Both the position numbers and the translations under genes were made by a program. From a virus (Duplodnaviria > Caudoviricetes), in IMG/VR virus record IMGVR_UViG_3300042898_001199, positions 1 to 63,903 of that record: a stretch of 63,903 bases of DNA. One strand, 5' to 3'. Shown here piece by piece: positions 1-8,239 of this stretch (position 1 is the stretch's first letter; the number at the start of each line of letters is the position of its first letter). The notes under the pieces were generated by a model. It worked only from the letters and a program-made list of their open reading frames with translations. It was not told the DNA's origin and made no database searches.

Positions 1-8
1 AAAGAACA

Positions 9-206
9 ATGGCTGATATAAGTAAGTGCATAGGGACAGATTGTCCCCACAAAGAAAAGTGCTACCGATTTACAGCACCGGCTAACGAGTACGCCCAAGC
101 CTATTTTACGGAGCCGCCAATCAAGGAGGACGGAACCTGCGATATGTTCTGGGGAAAGACACAGACAGACATCCTCTCCCAACTCAAGGAGATTGTCAAG
201 GGATAG
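9..206 (+). CDS. small Cys-containing phage hypothetical protein
   Basis: 65-aa ORF with C-x4-C-x5-C; in frame with the ATG at 63898 if the window ends are joined. Confidence 0.75.
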   Translation: MADISKCIGTDCPHKEKCYRFTAPANEYAQAYFTEPPIKEDGTCDMFWGKTQTDILSQLKEIVKG

Positions 207-1100
207 CGTGACAAATCCTCACGCCTTCAAAAATTGTCAAGATATCGTTTTACCTTTTGGATTTTTTTGTCCTGCAAGTCAATGACTTTTCGTGACAAAT
301 ACATAGGTAAAAATGTTACCACACTATAGTATGGTATAACAGTCATTAACCCCAATTTCACAGGCTAATGCATAGTATATCATACTTTAATGTGGTTTAG
401 GTAAAATGGCAAACCTCTCCCTTATAAGGAGCATAGCCGCCTAATTTTATCCCTCTAATGACATCTTATGAGTTAGATGCTATAAACCACACCTGTCCGA
501 TATAAGCGGACAACCAACAAAAGACAGTGTTCTCATTTACTGGCAAATGTTTGATTGTGGAAAATAATCCCCAGAACAGGCGATATAGTGGAAAATAATC
601 AATAAAGCATACACCTTTATCAATCATAGTGGAAATATCAGTTTCAAACTGACAAGGGTGATATAAAACGCCATTACTAAAAAATCACAAGAGTATTGGC
701 GAAATATAGAATGCCAAACTCCGTAACAAAAACACGCCAAACTCGGAAGTTCTCCGAATTACCTGCATGAATTTTTCCACAATCCCCATGCGCCATTGTC
801 AAGTTTATTACGCAAAAAACTAGACACAAGCACCTAGGGACAACTCGTCCCCACAGCAACACACAAATCTCACCTACACCCGAAAGGACCATTAGGTCGA
901 CACCAACAAGATGGTAGATTATATCTTAACGCTGTACGAAAATTATATATTAAAGCAGTCGGTTACAAAACGTAGCCAACTGGTGACAAAAACCCGTGAT
1001 AAACTGTCACGGGTTGGTTAGCACCACTACCCAACTGTAGACACATAGTCGACACTCCATAAAAATTTTTTTTTAGAGGGGTCGATTTCGACCACCTTTA
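206..1100. repeat. array of many different short inverted repeats (operator-like sites)
   Basis: e.g. GCGTGA-N7-TCACGC 206-224, AAGTCA-A-TGACTT 276-288, TGTCCG-N7-CGGACA 494-512, TCAGTTT-C-AAACTGA 638-652, GGGAC-N5-GTCCC 837-851, AACCCGTGA-N7-TCACGGGTT 991-1015, GGTCGA-TT-TCGACC 1080-1093; no credible ORF. Confidence 0.7.
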
Positions 1101-1140
1101 GCATTATGCAAGATCTGCATTTTACGATACCACCCCCCTC

Positions 1141-1329
1141 TTATCCTATAACCACATTAATCCGGTAGCCTAAGTGGGACAGCATCGAACACATATCGCC
1201 AAAGGACACGTCAATCGATCCTCTCTCAACACGACTCAGCCACGCACCACTCTTCCCCACTACACCAGCCAAAGAACATAAGCTCATACCATGTAACTTA
1301 CGCAAACGTCTCAAATCATCCGTCAACAT
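1141..1329 (-). CDS. XRE/Cro-family helix-turn-helix protein
   Basis: LRRLRKLHGMSLCSLAGVVGKSGAWLSRVERG matches the HTH_3 pattern. Confidence 0.8.
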   Translation of the reverse strand: MLTDDLRRLRKLHGMSLCSLAGVVGKSGAWLSRVERGSIDVSFGDMCSMLSHLGYRINVVIG

Positions 1330-1330
1330 A

Positions 1331-2122
1331 TTAAAATAATTTTAATTGACCCATGCTCTTAACGCCATCCATAATAGGTTGAACATTAGGGTCTATAATA
1401 TCAGCAAACTCTATCTCGCAAAAAGTACCGCAGTCAGGCACAATAGGTGGATCATGTCTCCCCTCACTCTCACTCATCTCATCCAAGAAACGCCCCTTAA
1501 TACACGAATGACCAACCTCCCTCTCCAAAACAGCCATACGCTCATACTGATCCGGGAAGTGCTTCCGTACATGATTCCAATAACCCTTTCCCCCCTTGAC
1601 ACAACCAATACAGTTATTGTTATGGAAACCGAGAGTATACATCTCAGGCAAGCGTATACCATTCTTCAATAAAAGCTCGGCACACATACTCTTAGTCATC
1701 CTCTGGTCAATCAAAGGATAAACAGGCCTGCTGTCAGGATACTGTTGAGCAAAGCGTATAGCTCGATTAACCTCCTTCTGGCTGAACTCAAAGCCAAATA
1801 CTTGCCCCTCATATTCAAAATCTTTCTCGATAGCCTTACGAACATCCTTCTTTAACTCCTTGGTACACCTAGCACCAGCAGCACCATTAACATAACCAGT
1901 ACGCTTGATCACATCAAACTGATCTACATACTTACCGCTACGCCTACGCTCAACAGGGACACCAATCCAACGCTCACAGTCAACAATAAAACGCTCGTTA
2001 TCCTTATGGGCAGAGTCAATCTCCATGTAAAACAAACGGACATTCTCTTTACCATACATCTCTACAGCTATGCGACACGCTACAGCCGAAGTAACACCAC
2101 AACTAAACCATCCAATGTACAT
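1331..2122 (-). CDS. PAPS-reductase-like (PP-loop) protein
   Basis: N-terminal WFSCGVTS PP-loop-like motif, RCTKELK, and C-terminal NNCIGCVKG Cys cluster typical of phage PAPS-reductase family. Confidence 0.75.
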   Translation of the reverse strand: MYIGWFSCGVTSAVACRIAVEMYGKENVRLFYMEIDSAHKDNERFIVDCERWIGVPVERRRSGKYVDQFDVIKRTGYVNGAAGARCTKELKKDVRKAIEKDFEYEGQVFGFEFSQKEVNRAIRFAQQYPDSRPVYPLIDQRMTKSMCAELLLKNGIRLPEMYTLGFHNNNCIGCVKGGKGYWNHVRKHFPDQYERMAVLEREVGHSCIKGRFLDEMSESEGRHDPPIVPDCGTFCEIEFADIIDPNVQPIMDGVKSMGQLKLF

Positions 2123-2152
2123 AATTTTTAAATTTTTTTTTAATGCGTTTTA

Positions 2153-2160
2153 CAAATATA
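2153..2160 (-). promoter_or_regulatory. Bacteroidota-type -7 promoter element (TATATTTG)
   Basis: matches TAnnTTTG, 30 nt upstream of the 2122 start. Confidence 0.55.
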
Positions 2161-3029
2161 CAACAAATTTACGTCTCAGTTAACAAAACGCGGTAAAAGT
2201 TTTACTCAGAAGTAAATAAATAACCGCAAAAAGGGGATCAGGGGATAACCAAATCCAAAACAAAAAGGGGGCAAGAAGTCAAATGTGAGGGGTTTCCAAT
2301 CCCATGGCCCACCCCCCTCAAGTAAATAAAATCGGGATTTGCGACCCCACCCCGGCCTAGCAGGAACCATGACCCAAGCCAAGACCTTGGTTATCAGCAT
2401 GTTGCATCCACGTTTCGCCCCTAACTTTAAGGATTGCCCAGCCAACACATTATATATGTAGCGATACATGATGTCGGCATCATACATCACACGTCAGCTC
2501 TAGCACACAGCATAGCAACCCAACAACAACAAGCCATGCAATACTATACAGCTCACACACAACGCATGCCTATTGCCCTGCAATACTACGGCATATCATC
2601 AGTCAACAAAGCCTTGACCTCAACCCCTTAGTGTATCATGTACACTTACTACGTTTTCCACATAAGCCTGTTCATAACTATAGTGTGCCGTCAACACAAT
2701 AAACCATGGCATACCTGAGTTGCGCCAAACCCTTGACCTTAGTGTACATTACACACCAACCTTAGTGTACTTCATACACATTAGCCTATTCGTTACGGCA
2801 GAAACCCTCCGCATGTGACCATTTATAAGTCCTGCCAAACCTACATTCCTTTCCTATAGACCTTCTGCATCCCTTGTCTTTGCTATGTTCTTAAAATAGT
2901 ACGAATTATTATCATTTTTTTATCATTGGTTATCAGTTAGTTACAATTTATTTTCATTTATTTTCATATGCCACACAATATAATCTAGCAATCTGCATTA
3001 TCCCTTCAAGAGCAACGGCTCGGAGCAAA

Positions 3030-3230
3030 GATTCCCTTACTGATTACTACCCGTACTGATGAGATATCAGTTGTACACAGGAGTGTTATTCGAATAGAGG
3101 TAGTAGAGGGTAGAGAGTTTAGCTAGATAGAAGTAGTACTCAACTATACTTAGCCGTCAAAGGTAACTAACTGAGCAAGGGTGTTACACGGAGAGAGTAC
3201 TAGTCACACAGGTCGGACTTAAAAGACCAA
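3030..3230 (+). ncRNA. structured leader RNA upstream of the early operon
   Basis: nested stems TACTACC/GGTAGTA, ACTGAT/ATCAGT, TAGTACTC/GAGTACTA, CCGT..GTAAC/GTTAC-ACGG, GGTC/GACC; no ORF. Confidence 0.5.
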
Positions 3231-3231
3231 A

Positions 3232-3243
3232 GTTCTTTGACAT
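3232..3243 (+). promoter_or_regulatory. boxA-like antitermination site
   Basis: GTTCTTTGACAT resembles rRNA-operon boxA (GYTCTTTRAMA) and follows a GGTC/GACC hairpin. Confidence 0.55.
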
Positions 3244-3256
3244 ATCGGTAACACAC

Positions 3257-3318
3257 TGAAACGCTTGGAGAGGTCTGCTCGTGAGAGAGGCTTTGGGGTT
3301 CGACTCCCCACGTTTCGC
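3257..3318 (+). ncRNA. tRNA-like element without an anticodon arm
   Basis: 7-bp acceptor stem TGAAACG/CGTTTCG, T-arm TGGGG-TTCGACT-CCCCA, stemless D-loop CTTGGAG, and a GTGA-tetraloop helix in place of the anticodon arm. Confidence 0.75.
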
Positions 3319-3339
3319 TAACCAATTAATACACACACT

Positions 3340-3699
3340 ATGTACAAAATTGCATTTCATCTAGCACGAGGAGTTCACTTCATGCATTGGCAAATTAAGG
3401 GAGATAACGGAGAGGTAATCTACGTTAACCCTAACGAGAGTGACATTGTTATTCACGGATGTAAACTGAAGAACCAAAGGAGTACCTCACTCAAGATTCA
3501 CCAAGGCGGTGACAAGTTCAGATGTGCTTGGGTTCAATTCGATTCATTCGAGATTGTGCCACTATCTAACTACACGTCAAAGACTCAAGTTCGTTTCAAT
3601 CCGAGGGTTAAACCTACGTGGGTTGTAGGAGGTGTTGACGAGCAGGACAACAGAGAGTTCAACGTCCTTTACACTAACCGTTCACAGCTATTTGCATAA
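3340..3699 (+). CDS. early hypothetical protein
   Basis: 119-aa ORF with TAACCAA..ACACAC leader. Confidence 0.8.
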   Translation: MYKIAFHLARGVHFMHWQIKGDNGEVIYVNPNESDIVIHGCKLKNQRSTSLKIHQGGDKFRCAWVQFDSFEIVPLSNYTSKTQVRFNPRVKPTWVVGGVDEQDNREFNVLYTNRSQLFA

Positions 3700-3752
3700 G
3701 GTTTACTGAAGAGAGTTTAATACTCGAAACGGGGGTTATCCCCGTCTAAACC
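3700..3752 (+). ncRNA. type I hammerhead ribozyme (HH1)
   Basis: stem I GGTTTA/TAAACC, core CTGAAGA, stem II GAGT/ACTC, GAAA, stem III CGGGG/CCCCG, GTC triplet; predicted cut after C3746. Confidence 0.93.
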
Positions 3753-3771
3753 AATTTAAATCAATAATGCC

Positions 3772-3879
3772 ATGGAGACTAAAATCTTAAGAATCGAGGG
3801 GAACTTTGAAGTAATCGGGTTCTTCATCAACGGAGTATTAGTACGCACTACGAAGAGACGTGTATACTCTTGGAACTAA
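3772..3879 (+). CDS. 35-aa early protein (not in ORF track)
   Basis: METKILRIEGNFEVIGFFINGVLVRTTKRRVYSWN, downstream of the HH1 leader. Confidence 0.6.
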   Translation: METKILRIEGNFEVIGFFINGVLVRTTKRRVYSWN

Positions 3880-3906
3880 AACATTAATCATCTAATACCA
3901 ATTGCC

Positions 3907-4062
3907 ATGAACTCAAATCAGAAAACCATCAACAGCCTGTCTTTACTAGGTATCGCAGGAGGACTTCTTCTAGTGAGCTTGAGCATGACCTTCTTTGGAG
4001 GAGTGTTCATCACACTATTCACCTTATCATTGACAGCTAACCTGCTGTTGCCACAACACTAA
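3907..4062 (+). CDS. 51-aa early membrane protein (not in ORF track)
   Basis: two hydrophobic segments; leader ATACCAATTGCC-ATG. Confidence 0.6.
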   Translation: MNSNQKTINSLSLLGIAGGLLLVSLSMTFFGGVFITLFTLSLTANLLLPQH

Positions 4063-4082
4063 CCAATAAATACATAGAAAAC

Positions 4083-4412
4083 ATGAACGTATTACAATTG
4101 AACATTGGGCTGAATAACAACCCTTACAGCCCTGAGGAAGTTACTCGACTACTTACTACATACTTTGACGGATTAGTGGGAGTCAGAGAACACATGGGCG
4201 AGTGGGAGGGTGAGCCTGAGCCAACGATGGTTGTTAAGATTGTTGTTGACATGGAGTATACCGATGCTTACATCATGGTCTCAACAATGGCTAGCAACTT
4301 CACTCAAGACTGCATCGCAATGAAGTTCAACGATAAAGGAACTTTGGTTTATAATGTCGATTACGAGGGGAACCCATTCGACTTCAGCGATGAATATTTC
4401 ATCGAGTTCTAG
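4083..4412 (+). CDS. acidic early hypothetical protein
   Basis: 109-aa ORF; its TAG stop overlaps the first base of HH2. Confidence 0.8.
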   Translation: MNVLQLNIGLNNNPYSPEEVTRLLTTYFDGLVGVREHMGEWEGEPEPTMVVKIVVDMEYTDAYIMVSTMASNFTQDCIAMKFNDKGTLVYNVDYEGNPFDFSDEYFIEF

Positions 4413-4471
4413 GTTAACTGATGAGTCCTGAGTGGACGAAACGTGAGGCTCTCCAGCCTCATGTCTTAACC
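4412..4471 (+). ncRNA. type I hammerhead ribozyme (HH2)
   Basis: stem I GGTTAA/TTAACC, core CTGATGA, stem II GTCC/GGAC, GAAA, stem III CGTGAGGCT/AGCCTCATG, GTC triplet; predicted cut after C4465. Confidence 0.95.
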
Positions 4472-4485
4472 AAATAATTATTGCC

Positions 4486-4722
4486 ATGAATACTGAAGAA
4501 CAACTGAAAAAAAGGCTTGCCCTTATTGAGGATGACTTGCGAGTAATTCGAGAGTTCATCTACATCCAAGGTTTGACATCGGAGTTCGAGAAATCGACCC
4601 CGTATTCTGACGAGGCTTGGGTTCACCTGAACAACATCGACATTGCATGTGACCTAAGCGATGACGAGTGCCTGACTTGGAAAACATTTACAAACTTTAA
4701 CGAACAAACTAGACCGCTATGA
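4486..4722 (+). CDS. early hypothetical protein
   Basis: ORF immediately after HH2. Confidence 0.75.
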   Translation: MNTEEQLKKRLALIEDDLRVIREFIYIQGLTSEFEKSTPYSDEAWVHLNNIDIACDLSDDECLTWKTFTNFNEQTRPL

Positions 4723-5000
4723 GCAGAATCACCAAACTTCAGAAGCAGATTGCCGATGCACACATCAGAGCAAATCGAGAGGGTTCATTCACTAACTTGA
4801 AAGTAAATTCAAAAGAGGAATTTCACCAAGCCTTGGAGAGAGGTGAGACCTACGAAATAGTCTACAAAGAAATTGTATACAGATACGCCTCGATGACTAG
4901 CCTGATAATGGCTAATGTACTAGACCACGAGAGCAAGGCTTACACACAGGCTGTGTACAAAGGATTTAAAAACGTGCTTAATTCAATCGATGTAAAATGA
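4719..5000 (+). CDS. early hypothetical protein
   Basis: ATGA-coupled ORF. Confidence 0.75.
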   Translation: MSRITKLQKQIADAHIRANREGSFTNLKVNSKEEFHQALERGETYEIVYKEIVYRYASMTSLIMANVLDHESKAYTQAVYKGFKNVLNSIDVK

Positions 5001-5209
5001 AACCGAGTTACCACAACATGAAGCTACCCATGATTAAGGGAGCAATAACCTTCCCCTGTAGGGCTAAGGTAGAACTACGCATTCAGGTATACGGAAGAGT
5101 GGTAGTGAGTGAGGTGAACTTCAGCAATGAGGTTCACGTTATGAACTACACGAAACTGATGTACCGCAAGATGATGGACGTACTGACAATTGAAAAACTT
5201 AATAACTAA
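4997..5209 (+). CDS. early hypothetical protein
   Basis: ATGA-coupled ORF. Confidence 0.7.
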   Translation: MKPSYHNMKLPMIKGAITFPCRAKVELRIQVYGRVVVSEVNFSNEVHVMNYTKLMYRKMMDVLTIEKLNN

Positions 5210-5222
5210 TAAATACACACAC

Positions 5223-5429
5223 ATGAACATTGACACACTAATCGCATACGAGTCAGGGGAACTGAACGATGCCGATACTATAACCTTCTTTGCAGACCTT
5301 GTTAAAACCAAGATGGCTTGGAGTCTTCAGGGAAGTTACGGACGCATGGCTTCAGCCATGATTGATGCAGGGTTTATCTCTCCTGAGGGAGAGGTGACCG
5401 AGTTAGCAGAAGAAACCTTTAATAATTAA
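5223..5429 (+). CDS. early hypothetical protein
   Basis: start moved to MNIDTL after the ACACACAC leader; AWSLQGSYGR motif. Confidence 0.75.
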   Translation: MNIDTLIAYESGELNDADTITFFADLVKTKMAWSLQGSYGRMASAMIDAGFISPEGEVTELAEETFNN

Positions 5430-5433
5430 TACA

Positions 5434-5661
5434 ATGGAAAAACTATTCAAACAATTAGTGGGGAAAAAAATCGCCAGTCTCCGTTACATGACCAAGGGCG
5501 AGTGCGAGGCACTAGGGTTCCACAAGAGTTCGATAATCATTCGACTAGACGATGGCACATGGCTCATCCCAATTGCAGATGATGAGATGAATGACGGAGG
5601 TTCTCTGTACACGATAGGCAAAGGGGAGGAAAATATAATACCAACAACGTACACCACATGA
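5434..5661 (+). CDS. early hypothetical protein
   Basis: ORF in operon, DDEMNDGG motif. Confidence 0.75.
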   Translation: MEKLFKQLVGKKIASLRYMTKGECEALGFHKSSIIIRLDDGTWLIPIADDEMNDGGSLYTIGKGEENIIPTTYTT

Positions 5662-5822
5662 AGACTAAAAGATATATCCTGACATTGCTCAATGAAACGG
5701 GAGGAGTAATTGACGCGAGAATATTTTACGCACTCAGTAGAGTGGATGCACTCGAGCAGGCAAAACTGTTCATGAATTTTCAAAATCTTAAACTTAAATT
5801 TAAACTAAACCTTTTTAAATAA
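5658..5822 (+). CDS. 54-aa early protein (not in ORF track)
   Basis: ATGA-coupled, fills the gap between neighbours. Confidence 0.55.
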   Translation: MKTKRYILTLLNETGGVIDARIFYALSRVDALEQAKLFMNFQNLKLKFKLNLFK

Positions 5823-5830
5823 TAAACACC

Positions 5831-6316
5831 ATGAAATACACAACACAAGAAGGCTTCAATTGGGAGATTGTAAGCAAGGAAAGAGCAATTGCATTACTTC
5901 AGGCAGGTGCAGAGGTCTACAAGGTATACGATGACGAGAGTGAATCTCTTATTGACTTGGAAGATGAATTATGGGACGTTTCCGGACTCATGTTCTACGC
6001 CATCGATGGAAACACTGCAAGGATTTTTCAGAAACAAGCACCGAGGAAATGGGCGAGGGTTGACACTGCGACTGGCAAAGGAATGAACGAGGGTTTCTGC
6101 GTAGGTGAGGGTGACGCTTACTTCGAGGAAGAGGCTGACCTGATTAAGTACCTGAGAGGGCTGAATGAAGAGGGGAACAAGGAGTTGTCTGATGACTTCA
6201 TTCTTGCCGAGGCTTACGCTTTGGAAGAGTATTACTACACAGAGTGGGACGTTGAAGACAGCGACTATTACTACGAGGAACAAGCGGACGGAACACTAAT
6301 AGAAATTAACCTTTAA
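5831..6316 (+). CDS. highly acidic early protein
   Basis: 161 aa, D/E- and aromatic-rich C-terminus. Confidence 0.8.
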   Translation: MKYTTQEGFNWEIVSKERAIALLQAGAEVYKVYDDESESLIDLEDELWDVSGLMFYAIDGNTARIFQKQAPRKWARVDTATGKGMNEGFCVGEGDAYFEEEADLIKYLRGLNEEGNKELSDDFILAEAYALEEYYYTEWDVEDSDYYYEEQADGTLIEINL

Positions 6317-6328
6317 AAAATAAACACC

Positions 6329-6577
6329 ATGAAAAAAGTAAATTCAGTAACAGCATCACGCTTCTTAGCTTGGTACTTCTCAGATTCAGATATGGTAGAA
6401 TCATTCGGCCAGCGTGCAGTAAAAATGCTACAGGATGAGGGGTTCGTGAATATCTCAGCAAGACAATTATTTGAAGATTGCGGATACATTCCTTCATTCA
6501 TCTGCGAACATGGGGACGTGGATTGGGATGATGCACGAGAGTACTCTCCTGAAGAAATAGAATTTATCAATGACTAA
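6329..6577 (+). CDS. early hypothetical protein
   Basis: ORF with AAATAAACACC-ATG leader, also present before 5831. Confidence 0.75.
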   Translation: MKKVNSVTASRFLAWYFSDSDMVESFGQRAVKMLQDEGFVNISARQLFEDCGYIPSFICEHGDVDWDDAREYSPEEIEFIND

Positions 6578-6595
6578 CCAATAAAACCAAACGCC

Positions 6596-6973
6596 ATGAA
6601 CACACAACAAGTAACACAGGAAGACATCTTCAAAGTAATCAACACACTTGCTATTCAGGTGCGAAATGACCTGATGGAGAGTGAGGTATTCGAAGATTCA
6701 GATACACTGGAAACGATAAAGACCATTGTCTTTCTAGCTCAACTACACAACTCTGATTGGAGCTACCCTTTTACCGAGGGAGATACTTACTATACCATCG
6801 AACATGATACAATTGTCGAGTCGGTGTGGGACGAGGAGAGTAAGGAGTTGTACCTGAGCGACAGCAATAAACTTTACAACCACTCAGACCAGCAATACTT
6901 CAGCAGTCTAGATGAAGCAGTACACTACTTCAAGAGTAAAGCTAAAACAACCCCTAAAATCTCATTGCTATGA
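6596..6973 (+). CDS. early hypothetical protein
   Basis: ORF with TAACCAA leader. Confidence 0.75.
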   Translation: MNTQQVTQEDIFKVINTLAIQVRNDLMESEVFEDSDTLETIKTIVFLAQLHNSDWSYPFTEGDTYYTIEHDTIVESVWDEESKELYLSDSNKLYNHSDQQYFSSLDEAVHYFKSKAKTTPKISLL

Positions 6974-7197
6974 ACGTAATAACCATTAAGAAACGCCCGA
7001 TGCAACAACACCTCGGAGGAAGTCAGGACATTGTCTTCTACACACGGAACAAGGCTCTCTCTCGCTTCTTCGAAATGACAGACGAGTTAGGCTACGAGGT
7101 GGAGGTAACCTACAAGAACAATCTTGTCACATACGAGGCAGGAGGGCGAGGCCATGATCATAGAATTGAACTTGAACTAACAAACGTACTAGTATGA
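6970..7197 (+). CDS. early hypothetical protein
   Basis: ATGA-coupled ORF. Confidence 0.7.
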   Translation: MNVITIKKRPMQQHLGGSQDIVFYTRNKALSRFFEMTDELGYEVEVTYKNNLVTYEAGGRGHDHRIELELTNVLV

Positions 7198-7373
7198 AAG
7201 AAACAACATTCTTCTTCAACGAGGTTGGAGAGACCTGCACCATCGAGGTGCATCTGAACCGCAAGCTAGACTACAGGAAGACCTTTAGCAAGGTGACATC
7301 ATTCTCTGAGGCAGTTGCCAAGTATGAGCAGTGGAAGGCAGACCAAGAAACATTTAAATCCGTAATGATATGA
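7194..7373 (+). CDS. 59-aa early protein (not in ORF track)
   Basis: ATGA overlaps at both ends. Confidence 0.65.
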   Translation: MKETTFFFNEVGETCTIEVHLNRKLDYRKTFSKVTSFSEAVAKYEQWKADQETFKSVMI

Positions 7374-7660
7374 ACGAGCAAGAATTTCTGGACTTCATGT
7401 ACAAAGAGTACATCGAGGTAATCGCAACGACTCAGCAGGTCTGTCCCATAACTTATGAACTATTGGACTACAAAACTTGTGTAGTGGTGGATGCTTATGA
7501 TGGTGATACTCTGAAGGATACGCAGGCACTCTCGCCTAACGCTATTGCAGAGGATAGCTTGAGGATAATCATAACCGACTTTGCTATTATGAGAATACGC
7601 CCAGTCTTCCTATCTTTGAACCCACTATTAAAGGACACAATCAAATCACTAAACAATTAA
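7370..7660 (+). CDS. early hypothetical protein
   Basis: ATGA-coupled ORF. Confidence 0.7.
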   Translation: MNEQEFLDFMYKEYIEVIATTQQVCPITYELLDYKTCVVVDAYDGDTLKDTQALSPNAIAEDSLRIIITDFAIMRIRPVFLSLNPLLKDTIKSLNN

Positions 7661-7664
7661 TCTA

Positions 7665-7823
7665 ATGGAACGAGACGAGAAAATCATCATCGGATGCGTA
7701 GCTGTGCTTATTGCCACGATATACTTCAGCATCCTGTTTAACATGAAGGCCATGGCCATAGTAAGCATGCTTGTTCTAGTCGCTGCCTTCCTAGTCGCAC
7801 AACTTATTGAATCAATTAAATAA
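7665..7823 (+). CDS. 52-aa membrane protein (not in ORF track)
   Basis: MERDEKIIIGCVAVLIATIYF..., two hydrophobic segments. Confidence 0.6.
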   Translation: MERDEKIIIGCVAVLIATIYFSILFNMKAMAIVSMLVLVAAFLVAQLIESIK

Positions 7824-7834
7824 ACCAAACACCC

Positions 7835-8239
7835 ATGAAAAAACAAATAGAAACATTAATCAGTCTAGCTCGCATGGTAGCAGACCTTCACTACAATTAC
7901 AATATCAAAGATGAGGTTGTAAACCACACGCACAACATCCGAGTAATTCAGGCTAACGAGAGAGATAATGAATTTATCGTGGTGGTATTCACTCGTAATA
8001 GACTTGATTTTAGTGTTCGTTTCTCTAACTACAGCGGAGTTAACTTGGAGTTCCCCTTCTCAGCAAATATTGAAGAGACCCTCGACCCTCTTATTGAAGA
8101 GGTGAGTGAGTCTCTGAACGAATGGCAGGCAAATAGTCAAGAGGATATAGTTCAAATGAAATTGGATGCCGTAGAGAAGAGAAGACAGACTTTGATAAAA
8201 TTAACAAACGAACTAAACGAATTGGAGGGCAAACTATGA
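7835..8239 (+). CDS. early hypothetical protein
   Basis: 134-aa ORF with TAAACCAAACACCC-ATG leader. Confidence 0.75.
   Translation: MKKQIETLISLARMVADLHYNYNIKDEVVNHTHNIRVIQANERDNEFIVVVFTRNRLDFSVRFSNYSGVNLEFPFSANIEETLDPLIEEVSESLNEWQANSQEDIVQMKLDAVEKRRQTLIKLTNELNELEGKL

Noticed and set aside
206-1100. CRISPR array, and ORF 677..892
   Set aside because: No constant repeat with regular spacers; the ORF lacks a leader and runs through the palindromes
2206-2631. ORFs 2206..2490 (-) and 2434..2631 (+)
   Set aside because: Low-complexity translations of homopolymer and CA-rich DNA, without typical leaders
3056-3100. CTGATGAG...CGAAT as a third hammerhead
   Set aside because: GAAA is GAAT, there is no stem III or NUH triplet, and CTGAT is better paired in the ACTGAT/ATCAGT hairpin
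3257-3318. Functional decoding tRNA (also at 61404-61540)
   Set aside because: Neither has a 7-nt anticodon loop on a 5-bp stem; no canonical tRNA gene was found in the window
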